Source of the DNA: an uncultured Rhodospirillaceae bacterium
GTDB lineage: Bacteria; Pseudomonadota; Alphaproteobacteria; MPNO01; UBA830
Assembly (NCBI GenBank): GCA_963974055.1
Contig: CAXBCP010000024.1
Coordinates: 4,124 to 68,123, forward strand
DNA: 64,000 nt
Direction: 5' to 3'
Numbering within the stretch: position 1 is the first letter of the stretch; every line of letters starts with the position of its first letter. This document shows positions 1-8,923 of the stretch, piece by piece. Position numbers and translations under genes: made by a program. Below the pieces are notes generated by a model, which had not been told where the DNA came from, did no database searches, and worked only from the letters and a program-made list of their open reading frames with translations.

Positions 1-210
1 CATCCAGCCATGGGTGTTCCAGCTCGTTATCAGGGACTGGCCCCATTCCTCGCGGGTGACGTCGATCAGGCGGGCGAGCGTCCGGCGCGGCAGGGGACCG
101 AGCGAATTGCCGTCGAGATAGATCCCCCCCATGGGCAGGTCGAACTGGTCCCGGAACGGAGCCAGCCTGTCCTCGCGGTCGAGCGCTGAAAGTGCCTCAC
201 TGGTGATCAT
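1..210 (-). CDS. kynU: Kynureninase, 5' part (runs off the window)
   Basis: Hand translation from ATG at 210: [41 protein letters not shown]...[23 protein letters not shown] is the kynureninase N-terminal motif. Not in the ORF track. Confidence 0.9.
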   Translation of the reverse strand, partial: MITSEALSALDREDRLAPFRDQFDLPMGGIYLDGNSLGPLPRRTLARLIDVTREEWGQSLITSWNTHGWM

Positions 211-422
211 GCTGTATCAAATATGAGACGGGGTTTCCGGATCGGGTTACGGGCGGTCGCAATTGTTTGCGTACGAACAAGTCTCTCGGACAGGTCGGCG
301 AGACCGATTAGACCCTACCTGCCCCGACATTTCCACATTTTCGCCGCGGTCGTGCCCCAATCGGGCGGCTTAGTGTCATCCGACGCCTCTCTGAACCCGT
401 CCGAAGACGAAAGGAAAACCCC

Positions 423-1307
423 ATGCCCCTTATAAAAAATACCATGCTCGCTTCCTGCGCCGCCGGCCTGCTCTCCGCCTGCTCGGGAACGCTGATCCAG
501 GCCGAAAACGCCGCCGCCCCCGCAGATCCGTTCGCCCGCGCGCTGCACGCCGGATATCTCGATCTCGCCCGCGGGGAGCTCGACGAAAGCGATTTCGCCG
601 ATACTGCCGCCTTCGCCGCCCGCGCGGTCGCGTCGTCGGCCGGAACCCCGCCACCGCCCGAAAACTTCGGCGCGCGCCGGCTGCCGGCGGAAAAGCTGCC
701 GGAACTCGCGGCGGCGCGAACGCAACTCATGACCGCGCTCGAACGCGGGGCCGCGGGATCCGCGCCCGATCAGGCGGCCCGCGCCCAGCTTGCCTTCGAC
801 TGCTGGATGCAGGAACAGGAAGAAAATTTCCAGGCCGCCGACATCGCCGCCTGCCGTGACCGGTTCGCCGCCGCAATCCGCGGTCTCGACACCAAACCGC
901 TGGCCAGCGTGGAGCCCGCACAACCGCGCGCGACGCCGGCGACGCTGAAGGCCCCGCGCGGCGCAACGCCGCTGAAAACGCGTTTCGTCGTGTATTTCGA
1001 TCTCGACACGGCAAAGCTGGTGCCCGGCGCGGAATCGGAAATCACGCGGGCGGCCGCGGCGGCGCGGCGTTCCGGCGCCGCGATGGTACGGGTTACCGGC
1101 CATGCCGACCGGTCGGGCCCGGACGGCCACAATCTTGCCCTCAGCCGGACACGGGCACGCGAAGTCGTCCGCGCGCTGCGGCGCCTGGGGCTGCCGGAAA
1201 TCGGGGTCGCCACCCAGGCCTTCGGCGAGGAGAAACCGGCCGTGCCCACCGGCGACGGCAAGCCCGAGCCGCGCAACCGCCGGGTGGAAATCGAACTGAC
1301 GCACTAG
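423..1307 (+). CDS. OmpA-family peptidoglycan-binding lipoprotein
   Basis: Lipobox LLSAC. C-terminal OmpA domain: VYFDLD, VTGHADRSG, NLALSRTRA, RNRRVEI. AAGGA RBS. Confidence 0.9.
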   Translation: MPLIKNTMLASCAAGLLSACSGTLIQAENAAAPADPFARALHAGYLDLARGELDESDFADTAAFAARAVASSAGTPPPPENFGARRLPAEKLPELAAARTQLMTALERGAAGSAPDQAARAQLAFDCWMQEQEENFQAADIAACRDRFAAAIRGLDTKPLASVEPAQPRATPATLKAPRGATPLKTRFVVYFDLDTAKLVPGAESEITRAAAAARRSGAAMVRVTGHADRSGPDGHNLALSRTRAREVVRALRRLGLPEIGVATQAFGEEKPAVPTGDGKPEPRNRRVEIELTH

Positions 1308-1343
1308 CCTGTCGAACCGGGCCAGACCGGAAAACGCCAAAAT

Positions 1344-1373
1344 AAAACGCGGGTCCATCGGGCCCGCGTTTTT
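1344..1373. terminator. Bidirectional rho-independent terminator
   Basis: AAAACGCGGGTCC-ATC-GGGCCCGCGTTTTT hairpin between convergent genes. Confidence 0.8.
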
Positions 1374-1396
1374 CGGTTAGTTCTCGGCGATAACGG

Positions 1397-1864
1397 TCAG
1401 GCAGGGGCTGGAATATTGGCGACGAGCTGGGCGACCTTGCCCGTCAACTGCTCGCCGATCGCGCCACCATTCCCCTGAATGTTTTTTTCCAGGACGAAAT
1501 CCATCGCCGCGAAATGCGCCGCAATGACCTTGAGCTGCTTTTCGTCCGCCGACGCCGCTTCCACCCGCAGGTAATCGCACAACGACCCGCCGATTTTCGT
1601 CAGCAGGTCGTATCCGAACGAGCCGCCCTGCCCTTTGACGTTGTGAACGACTTCGAAGATCGCGCGAAGCTCGGGCTGATTGTCGCCGGGCTTTTCCTGG
1701 CCCGCAGCTAGCGCCTCTTTGGCGCGACCGATATCTTCGCCGATCCATTCGAGGAAACTGTCGGCGAGCGCCGCGACCGCCGCCTCGGCAGCGCGGACGG
1801 CATCCGGCACATCGTCTTCATCTGACGGCGACGAAAGCGGCTCTGCGGCTGCGGTGGAATTCAT
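1397..1864 (-). CDS. Stand-alone Hpt (histidine phosphotransfer) domain protein
   Basis: IFEVVHNVKGQGGSFGY matches the Hpt H-x-x-KG motif. ATG at 1864 follows an AGGAGAG RBS. Confidence 0.85.
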   Translation of the reverse strand: MNSTAAAEPLSSPSDEDDVPDAVRAAEAAVAALADSFLEWIGEDIGRAKEALAAGQEKPGDNQPELRAIFEVVHNVKGQGGSFGYDLLTKIGGSLCDYLRVEAASADEKQLKVIAAHFAAMDFVLEKNIQGNGGAIGEQLTGKVAQLVANIPAPA

Positions 1865-1926
1865 ACGGTCTCTCCTGATAACTGTCGGGCTAACGGCTCG
1901 ATACGCACGCAAATTTCCCCGATCCC

Positions 1927-1974
1927 GGAGCGTATTACGTTGGGAACGTATTACATTGGGAGCGTATTACATTT
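1927..1974. repeat. Three tandem 16-bp direct repeats
   Basis: GGAGCGTATTACGTTG / GGAACGTATTACATTG / GGAGCGTATTACATTT. Confidence 0.95.
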
Positions 1975-1988
1975 AATGGCAGCCCCCC

Positions 1989-2004
1989 TTAAGGACAGGT
2001 TAAC
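1989..2004. promoter_or_regulatory. CtrA-binding box
   Basis: TTAA-GGACAGG-TTAAC, exact TTAA-N7-TTAAC consensus. Confidence 0.75.
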
Positions 2005-2054
2005 AGCGGACCGCCGCCCGCCAGCTTGCAAAAGCGCGGGCGGAGTCGTACACC

Positions 2055-2070
2055 GTTAAGAGACAGTTAA
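2055..2070. promoter_or_regulatory. CtrA-binding box
   Basis: GTTAA-GAGACAG-TTAA, the exact consensus read on the minus strand. Confidence 0.75.
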
Positions 2071-2123
2071 TGTCGGAAAAGGGCGGCACCGAATCCGCCT
2101 TCAACATTCTCGAAGGAGCCAAA

Positions 2124-2366
2124 ATGAACAACAGGCTTGGAATTTTCGCGATTGCCGCAGCAACAGCGATCACAACCGCAACCACGGCGCAGGCCCATAA
2201 GAGCACGGAATTCGGCGGCGGTTTTCTGCATCCCGTCAGCGGCATCGATCATCTTATCGCCCTGATTGCCGGTCTCCCGGCGGGCGTCATTGCCGGCGGC
2301 ATCGTCGCCCTGACCGTTGCAGGCTTCGGCGCGATTCGTATGGTGCGGCGCAGCCGCCAGAACTGA
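2124..2366 (+). CDS. Short HupE/UreJ-like membrane protein (80 aa)
   Basis: Signal peptide ending AQA-H, then GGGFLHPVSGIDHL (HupE/UreJ first-helix motif). AAGGAG RBS. Much shorter than full-length family members. Confidence 0.65.
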   Translation: MNNRLGIFAIAAATAITTATTAQAHKSTEFGGGFLHPVSGIDHLIALIAGLPAGVIAGGIVALTVAGFGAIRMVRRSRQN

Positions 2367-2441
2367 TCCGGTCCCCGTTGTCGCCGACCGGCGGGCACGA
2401 ACGACCGTCAGGGCGACAGACCGTGAGACAGACAGCGAAAT

Positions 2442-2471
2442 AAGCCGCCGGGATTCCCTGGCGGTTTTTTT
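2442..2471. terminator. Rho-independent terminator
   Basis: AAGCCGCCGGG-ATTC-CCTGGCGGTTTTTTT hairpin with T tail between convergent genes. Confidence 0.75.
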
Positions 2472-2479
2472 CATGAGCG

Positions 2480-3730
2480 TTACCGGGGTTCTCCGCCGAA
2501 ATCGTCTCGCTCAGCAATCCGGGCGACCGCGTAGCCGAACACCAGCCCCCAGAACGCCGCCCCGATCCCGAATATCGATACCCCGGCCACGGTGATCATG
2601 AATGTCACCAGCGAACCGAGCGAAAACCTGCCGCCAAAACCGCTGACGAATGCAGATTGCAGCACGGGCACCATGGCCAGTCCGGCGAGGGTCGCGATAA
2701 AGGCCGCCGGCAGGGCAATGCCGAGTTGGACGGCGCTGGGCGCGAACAGCCCGAAAGCCAGGATAAACAGTCCGAACCACATACCGCCGACATAGCGCCA
2801 TTCCTTCGCGCCCGACACGTTGAGGATCGCGTTTGCCGGCGCGGTCACAACCGTCGGCACGCAGCCCAGTGCGCCGTAGACCAGAGTCCCGGTGCCGCAC
2901 AGCAGAGTTGCCATGTTTTCCGGCGGACGGTAGCCGGCGTTGCGGGCGATCGCGAAACCCTGGGTATTGTGAATGCCGACAACGGTGACCGTCAGCGGAA
3001 TGACAAGCTCGATAATTGCCGTCAGGTTGAAAACCGGACGGAAGATCAGGGGTTCCGCGGTGCGCAGGACCAGTTGACCATCCGGCACGAACGCCCCGGT
3101 CGCGACGATCGCCACCGTGCCTGTGACCAGTGCCGCAAGGACGGGCGGGAACCGCCGCTTCAATGTCGGCGTGGCAGACACCGCCAGATACCCGGCCGCC
3201 ATCGCGCCGGCAATCCAGGCATTGCTGTCGAACGCGCCGATCATGCGCAGCCCGTAGGGCAGGAACACACCCGCGACCATCGCCATCACGATCGGTTCGG
3301 GCAACGCGGCCGTCACCCGCCGGATCAGCCCGGTCAGGGCAAGCACCAGGATAAGAGCGCCGGTGACGATATAGGCGCCGACCAGTTCCGGCATGGAAAA
3401 GTGCATCAATGCCGGGCCCACGATCACGACGCCCGGCATGCTGTAACCGATAGTCAGCGGCTGGCGGTACAGATAACAGACGCCGATCGACAATACGCCG
3501 CTGAGTCCGTAGGCGGTGAAAAGCCAGGCCGCGATGACGTCATTCGGCAGCGAGGCGGCGGTGCCGACCGCGAGAATCATGGCCCCCGGCCCGGTCGCCG
3601 CAAACAGGAAAGCACTGAAACCGTTGACGAGATTGTGGCCAAAGGCATGACGCAGCATATCGCGCAGGCCCGGCAGCGGCCGGACAACCGGCTCGATCGC
3701 CGCCGTCACCGCGGTTTTATGATCCGTCAT
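2480..3730 (-). CDS. BenE-family benzoate/H+ symporter-like transporter
   Basis: Polytopic membrane protein with YRQPLTIGYSMPG and the C-terminal GIGAAFWGLVFG typical of BenE. Start placed at MTDHK (ATG 3730). Confidence 0.85.
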   Translation of the reverse strand: MTDHKTAVTAAIEPVVRPLPGLRDMLRHAFGHNLVNGFSAFLFAATGPGAMILAVGTAASLPNDVIAAWLFTAYGLSGVLSIGVCYLYRQPLTIGYSMPGVVIVGPALMHFSMPELVGAYIVTGALILVLALTGLIRRVTAALPEPIVMAMVAGVFLPYGLRMIGAFDSNAWIAGAMAAGYLAVSATPTLKRRFPPVLAALVTGTVAIVATGAFVPDGQLVLRTAEPLIFRPVFNLTAIIELVIPLTVTVVGIHNTQGFAIARNAGYRPPENMATLLCGTGTLVYGALGCVPTVVTAPANAILNVSGAKEWRYVGGMWFGLFILAFGLFAPSAVQLGIALPAAFIATLAGLAMVPVLQSAFVSGFGGRFSLGSLVTFMITVAGVSIFGIGAAFWGLVFGYAVARIAERDDFGGEPR

Positions 3731-3977
3731 CGCGTATGCGCCCCCTTCCCGCCGCTGATAGCAGATTCGGCGAATTCGGCAAAGCCGCAGGAATGCATAT
3801 GTGGCCAACGCAAGCGGGCGATTGCGGAAAGGCACCGCGGGATTCGCCGGGAACCGATGGGGACGGCCTGCGGGACGGTACCGTCAACATCCCGTTAACC
3901 GTGAATTTTCATCGTTGCTCAACCCTGTCGGTGTAAACAGAAGGTGAGAGTTTCCAAAGCCATGAAGGCGACAGGAC

Positions 3978-4340
3978 ATGCAGGACCGCAGACCCATCAA
4001 GCGCAGGCAGCGCAGGTTCCGGAAACGGGTCCTGTTCGCGATGGCGTTCGCCGGGTTTTCCGTCCTCTTCTATCAGAGCGCCCTCACCTTCAAACAGGAC
4101 CGGATCGCCGCCGCCGTCATGACGGCGCCGCATCACGATTCCCTGCCGCACGGCGCCGGCGCCGTTTCTGCCGCAACCGTCGGGTCCGATTCAAAAACCG
4201 TGCCCTATGCGGCGGCGCCGCTCCAGGGACCGGTCGCGGTCGGCCTGGCTTTCCGCATAAACGGTACCCCGGGACTCGATGCGGTGGGCGCCCGGATACA
4301 ACGCCGGGACGCCCGCGACGGCGCACCGCGGCCCTTCTGA
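3978..4340 (+). CDS. Hypothetical membrane-anchored protein
   Basis: Basic N-terminus followed by one hydrophobic segment (VLFAMAFAGFSVLFY). No recognisable family. Confidence 0.5.
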   Translation: MQDRRPIKRRQRRFRKRVLFAMAFAGFSVLFYQSALTFKQDRIAAAVMTAPHHDSLPHGAGAVSAATVGSDSKTVPYAAAPLQGPVAVGLAFRINGTPGLDAVGARIQRRDARDGAPRPF

Positions 4341-4391
4341 CAGAACACCGCCGGAGCAACCGGCGCAAGGCGTCTGTCGATTTGGGAAGAA

Positions 4392-4468
4392 TGGCGCACC
4401 CGAAGAGATTCGAACTCCTAACCTCCTGATTCGTAGTCAGGTGCTCTATCCAGTTGAGCTACGGGTGC
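4392..4468 (-). tRNA. tRNA-Arg(ACG)
   Basis: Reverse complement GCACCCGTAGCTCAACTGGATAGAGCACCTGACT-ACG-AATCAGGAGGTTAGGAGTTCGAATCTCTTCGGGTGCGCCA. 77 nt, T-loop GTTCGAATC, encoded CCA. Confidence 0.97.
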
Positions 4469-4984
4469 GCGTGGGCAGGGGTATAACCAATGCGCGGCGT
4501 CGGTGCAATGCGTTCTTTGAACCGAAATAGCCGCGTCCTGTATTCCGTCCGGTTTCGGGCGGCGGCGCCGTTTTGCCCGATTCGGCCAAGCGGTTCGCCC
4601 ATCGGTCAGGGAAATCCCGCCCCGCGGAAAGGCAATCCACCCGGCGCCTACCTGCGGCGAACCGACCCGGCCGGCGCGCCGGGGCCGCCCCGAAATACCC
4701 CGAATATTCGCCGCCGGGGACGGTAGCGCCAGTCACAACCCGCCCGGCAGACCGGAATTCGGTCAAAAACGGGCAAAAAGTTGTGCGCGTGCCCGAATTC
4801 GAATCGAATCGGACAAGCGGGTAGTGCCGTTATTGACACGGACAAGCGCCTTGTGGAGCGCGAATCGTTAAAGTATTATGCCCGCCGGTTGGGGCGGGTT
4901 AGCAGAATCTTACTATTTTCCAATTATTTGCTGTGACTCGTACTATAAACCTATGAACTGAAATATTGGGGGTAAGGCCGAACC

Positions 4985-6172
4985 ATGGCCCGTGTAAGAA
5001 CCCGAACACAAATAGCGAATAACTGCGCAACCCTCGTCCTTGCGGCCGGTCTGCTTGGCGGCTGCTCGATGGCGTCCGATGCGCTATGGCCCTCGCTGAC
5101 CGGCGACGATCCCGCCGGCAACGGCAATGCGCAATCCACAATCCCCGCATCGCAGGCCGAGGCGAACCGGCAACCGACGCTGTCGCCACCGCCGCCGCCG
5201 GCGCTGGGCCGGACGAACTTCGTCCCGCCGCAGATCAGCCAGGGCGTATCGACCGGCACCTATGTCGGTCAGCGCGTGGTCGAACTGCGCGGCGAACTGC
5301 AGCGGCTGCAGGGCCAGATCGGCCAGCAGAACCAGCAGCTTCAGGCAATCCGCAACCTGACGGTTCAGCACTCGCAGAATTATCACGGCACGGTCGCCGC
5401 GGTGAATTCGAAGCTGCAGGTCGGCACGACCCCGGGCAATCCGACACTGGTGAACCAGTGGAACGTCGCCCAGGCGAGCCTCGCGCAGGTTGAAAACGAT
5501 ATCGCGCAGATGAATTCGCTGGCCAACGGCGTTGCCGGCACATCGACGCTGTCGGCGTATCTCCTTGAAACCACCCGCGCCGCTTACGGGCTGTCGGGCG
5601 CGGTCGATGCCGATCATCGCCAGCTCGCGGTGCTCGAAGACGAAGTCAACCGCACCGTCGTGCTGATCGATCGGCTGCTGAACGAACTGAGCGAAGACGT
5701 CAGCCGCCAGAACAATTATCTCAGCGCGGAACGGACCAACCTGACGACACTGGCGCTTGCCATCAAGAATGGCGAGCTGCTGGGATCGAGCCTCGGCAAC
5801 CGGGCGTATTCTTCCTCGGCGCCGGCGTCGAGCGGCTTCCAGGCCGCACCGGCGGCAAGCAGCGGCGGCGTCCGCCGCCCGCTGGTCGTGATCCGGTTCG
5901 ACCGCACGAACGTCCAGTACGAACAGCCGCTCTATAACGCGGTCAGCCGCGCGCTCCAGCGCCGCCCGAACGCGATGTTCGACCTTGTCGCAATTGCGCC
6001 CAACCGCGGCAATGCCGCCCGGGTCGCGCTTGCCACCAGTTCGTCCAAGAAAAACGCCGAGACCGTTCTGCGGTCGCTGTCCGACATGGGCCTGCCGCTC
6101 GACCGGGTCCGCCTGTCGGCCCTGACCAGCAATACGGCAGCCACCAACGAAGTACACGTATACGTGCGCTGA
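4985..6172 (+). CDS. Hypothetical lipoprotein with long coiled coil and possible degenerate OmpA-like C-terminal domain
   Basis: Lipobox LLGGC, Gln-rich heptad helices, C-terminal RPLVVIRFD...NEVHVYVR. Strong codon bias and its own terminator. Confidence 0.8.
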   Translation: MARVRTRTQIANNCATLVLAAGLLGGCSMASDALWPSLTGDDPAGNGNAQSTIPASQAEANRQPTLSPPPPPALGRTNFVPPQISQGVSTGTYVGQRVVELRGELQRLQGQIGQQNQQLQAIRNLTVQHSQNYHGTVAAVNSKLQVGTTPGNPTLVNQWNVAQASLAQVENDIAQMNSLANGVAGTSTLSAYLLETTRAAYGLSGAVDADHRQLAVLEDEVNRTVVLIDRLLNELSEDVSRQNNYLSAERTNLTTLALAIKNGELLGSSLGNRAYSSSAPASSGFQAAPAASSGGVRRPLVVIRFDRTNVQYEQPLYNAVSRALQRRPNAMFDLVAIAPNRGNAARVALATSSSKKNAETVLRSLSDMGLPLDRVRLSALTSNTAATNEVHVYVR

Positions 6173-6190
6173 CGGAGGCCGTTATCCGAT

Positions 6191-6224
6191 AAAAAAACGG
6201 ACGCCCTGCGGCGTCCGTTTTTTT
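6191..6224. terminator. Bidirectional rho-independent terminator
   Basis: AAAAAAACGGACGCC-CTGC-GGCGTCCGTTTTTTT, perfect hairpin. Confidence 0.9.
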
Positions 6225-6273
6225 GTGCGGCGTGCCCCGTTACAGCGCGGGGCCGGATAAATTCCCCGTCGGC

Positions 6274-6954
6274 CTATTCCGCCGCATCCCGGCCATGGGC
6301 GCGGCCTTCCAGTCCGCGGCGGATCTTTTCGATATCCGGACCGCCGGGCGCCATCTCGAACACGGATTCGACGGACGTATAATCGAAATATCCCATCCGG
6401 GCGAGCGGGCGGCATTTGAGAATATCGATCTTGCCCTCGTCGGTAATCACGTCGTCGCTGATATGCACGCCGAGCACTTCGCCGACGACGACATAGACGA
6501 TGTTGTCGACCGAGTTCCCGGGCAGGGTCAGGGTGGTGTGGTATCTGCATTCCAGATGCACGGGGGACGCCTTGACCCGGGGCGGGGCGACCATGTTCGA
6601 CGGAATCATTTCAAGCCCCGCCATCTCTGCCTCGTCGACGTCGGACGGCACCATCTGGGCGGTGGTGTTGATCTGGTCGCGCAGTTCCCAGGTCGCCATG
6701 TTGCACACGAACTCGCCGGTCAGGACCGCGTTGCGCGCGCTGTCCTTCGGCCCGCCATCGCCAAACTGCGACCCGGACGAAAACATCACATAGGGCGGAT
6801 CGTAGCCGAGATTGTTGAACTGGCTGTAGGGCGCCAGATTGACCACGCCGTCGGTATCCAGCGTCGTGATCCAGCCGATCGGGCGGGGAACGACGATCGA
6901 TTTATAGGGATTATAAGGCAGGCCGTGATCGTTCTTGGCGGTTTCGTAGAACAT
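6274..6954 (-). CDS. Flavin reductase-like (DIM6/NTAB) family protein
   Basis: VVPRPIGWITT, NLAPYS, KDSARN, GEFVCN, SPVHLEC, PLARMGY motifs. Confidence 0.9.
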   Translation of the reverse strand: MFYETAKNDHGLPYNPYKSIVVPRPIGWITTLDTDGVVNLAPYSQFNNLGYDPPYVMFSSGSQFGDGGPKDSARNAVLTGEFVCNMATWELRDQINTTAQMVPSDVDEAEMAGLEMIPSNMVAPPRVKASPVHLECRYHTTLTLPGNSVDNIVYVVVGEVLGVHISDDVITDEGKIDILKCRPLARMGYFDYTSVESVFEMAPGGPDIEKIRRGLEGRAHGRDAAE

Positions 6955-7043
6955 AGGCGCCTCCGGCTATCGTATTTTTTTATCGCGCAACGATTATCGG
7001 GGCGGGGTGCGGGTAAGGCAAACTCATTCTCCCCGCGCCGCCG

Positions 7044-7895
7044 TCAGGCGCCTGGCGCATCCGCCGGCACGTTGTCGATCAGCCGGGTCTTTCCGATCCA
7101 TGCGGCGGCAAAAACCCGGAGGCCCGGGCGGTAGCTTTCGGCCGGCGCCAGGGTCGCAGCGTCGCGAATATCGAAATAATCGACACGGTCGAACCCCGAT
7201 TCGAGCAGGGCGCGACGGCCCCATTCGCACTGGGCGGCGATATCGATATCCGGATGCAGCCGGTCGGCGACCGCCGACAGCGTCCCGAACAAACGCGCCG
7301 CGACGGACACCTGCGCCTCGGTCAGATAGTTGTTGCGCGACGACAGGGCGAGCCCGGTGGCCGCGCGGACGATGGGCACGCCGATGATGCGGATGCCGAG
7401 ACCGAGCTGCTCGGTCATCTTTTCGATCACCTTGAGCTGCTGATAATCCTTTTCCCCGAAATAGGCGACATAGGGCTGACAGTGTTCGAACAGTTTAGAG
7501 ACCACGGTGGTCACGCCGTCGAAATGGCCAGGCCGCGCAGCGCCGCACATGCCCTCGGTAACGCCGTCGACGGTCACGGTGATTTCAAATCCGTCAGGGT
7601 ACATTTCATCGACGCCGGGCGCATAGACGATATCCACGCCGTGTTTTTCGAAGAGCGCCAGATCCTGCGCCTCGTCGCGGGGGTAGGAGCTAAAATCCTC
7701 GCCCTCGCCGAACTGGGTCGGGTTTACGAACAGGCTTGCGATCACCAGCCGGCAATCGCGCCGCGCGCGGTTTACCAGCGTCAGGTGACCGGCATGCAGG
7801 GATCCCATGGTGGGAACGAGACCGATGATCGCCCCCTCTTCGCGATAGGGGGCCGTTGCCGCACGCAGTTCCGCGGCGGTGCGCAGGACGATCAT
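7044..7895 (-). CDS. panC: Pantoate--beta-alanine ligase
   Basis: VPTMGSLHAGH, FVNPTQF, RPGHFDGV, FGEKDYQQ, GLALSSRN, RLIDN. Alternative GTG start at 7922. Confidence 0.97.
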   Translation of the reverse strand: MIVLRTAAELRAATAPYREEGAIIGLVPTMGSLHAGHLTLVNRARRDCRLVIASLFVNPTQFGEGEDFSSYPRDEAQDLALFEKHGVDIVYAPGVDEMYPDGFEITVTVDGVTEGMCGAARPGHFDGVTTVVSKLFEHCQPYVAYFGEKDYQQLKVIEKMTEQLGLGIRIIGVPIVRAATGLALSSRNNYLTEAQVSVAARLFGTLSAVADRLHPDIDIAAQCEWGRRALLESGFDRVDYFDIRDAATLAPAESYRPGLRVFAAAWIGKTRLIDNVPADAPGA

Positions 7896-7973
7896 GGGCG
7901 CGTGCTCGATTTCTGCCGACACGGTTTTGTCTGGCTTACGAACGTTGGAGATGGGACATGCCGGGCGCTGAAT

Positions 7974-8828
7974 TCACGGTTTGAGGTGACGTACCTCTGC
8001 GCCGTCCGTCTTGGGCGCGCCGAAGCAGTATTCGGCAGACGGGAACCGGCGGGCGCGGACGTCTTCGGCATAGGCCGCCGCGGCCTTGCCGAGCTCGGCG
8101 CCCAGTTCGGCATACCGTTTGACGAATTTGGGGGTGAAATCGCTGAACATTCCGACAAGGTCTTCGGTCACCAGAACCTGTCCGTCGCAGTCGGCGGACG
8201 CGCCGATGCCGATCGTCGGGACCGGGACGACCTGCGTGATTTCCCGCGCCACCGGCTCCATAACGCCTTCGACCACCATCGAGAACGCGCCGGCATCGGC
8301 GACTGCGCGGGCATCGTCGATCACCTGGCGGGCGACGGCGGTGTCCTTGCCCTGGACCCGGAAGCCGCCATAGGTGTTCACCGATTGCGGCATCAATCCG
8401 ACATGCCCCATCACGGGAATCCCGCGTTTGGCGAGAAATTCGATGGTCGGCGCGAGCGCGACGCCGGCTTCCAGCTTGACCGCATCGCAACCGGTTTCCT
8501 GCATCACGCGGACGGCGTTGCGATAGGCCTGCTCCGCCGATTCCTGGTAGGAGCCGAACGGCATATCGACGACGACGCAGGCGCGCTGCGACCCGCGGAC
8601 CACGGCGGCGCCGTGGTTGATCATCATATCGAGCGTCACGGCCAGGGTCGTATCGAGGCCATAAACCACCATGCCGAGCGAATCGCCGACCAGAAGACAG
8701 TCGACATGTTCGTCGAGAAACTGCGCCATCGGCGCCGTATACGCGGTCAGAACCGCAATCGGTTCTCCGCCCTTGCGCGCCGCGAGTTCCGGCGCTGTAA
8801 TCCGTTTTATCCGGGTAGGGGTGCTCAT
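7974..8828 (-). CDS. panB: 3-methyl-2-oxobutanoate hydroxymethyltransferase
   Basis: [49 protein letters not shown]. Confidence 0.97.
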   Translation of the reverse strand: MSTPTRIKRITAPELAARKGGEPIAVLTAYTAPMAQFLDEHVDCLLVGDSLGMVVYGLDTTLAVTLDMMINHGAAVVRGSQRACVVVDMPFGSYQESAEQAYRNAVRVMQETGCDAVKLEAGVALAPTIEFLAKRGIPVMGHVGLMPQSVNTYGGFRVQGKDTAVARQVIDDARAVADAGAFSMVVEGVMEPVAREITQVVPVPTIGIGASADCDGQVLVTEDLVGMFSDFTPKFVKRYAELGAELGKAAAAYAEDVRARRFPSAEYCFGAPKTDGAEVRHLKP

Positions 8829-8923
8829 CGTCGCCCTCCGCGAGCTGATCCGGCTGAAGTCGCGGCTTTTCTACCCCCTTTTTCGCACCTGCAAAAGGAA
8901 TTCCTCCGAATGCTGTTATCACC

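Noticed and set aside
4392-4468. Genomic island integrated at tRNA-Arg
   Set aside because: No integrase or duplicated tRNA 3' end seen in the window.
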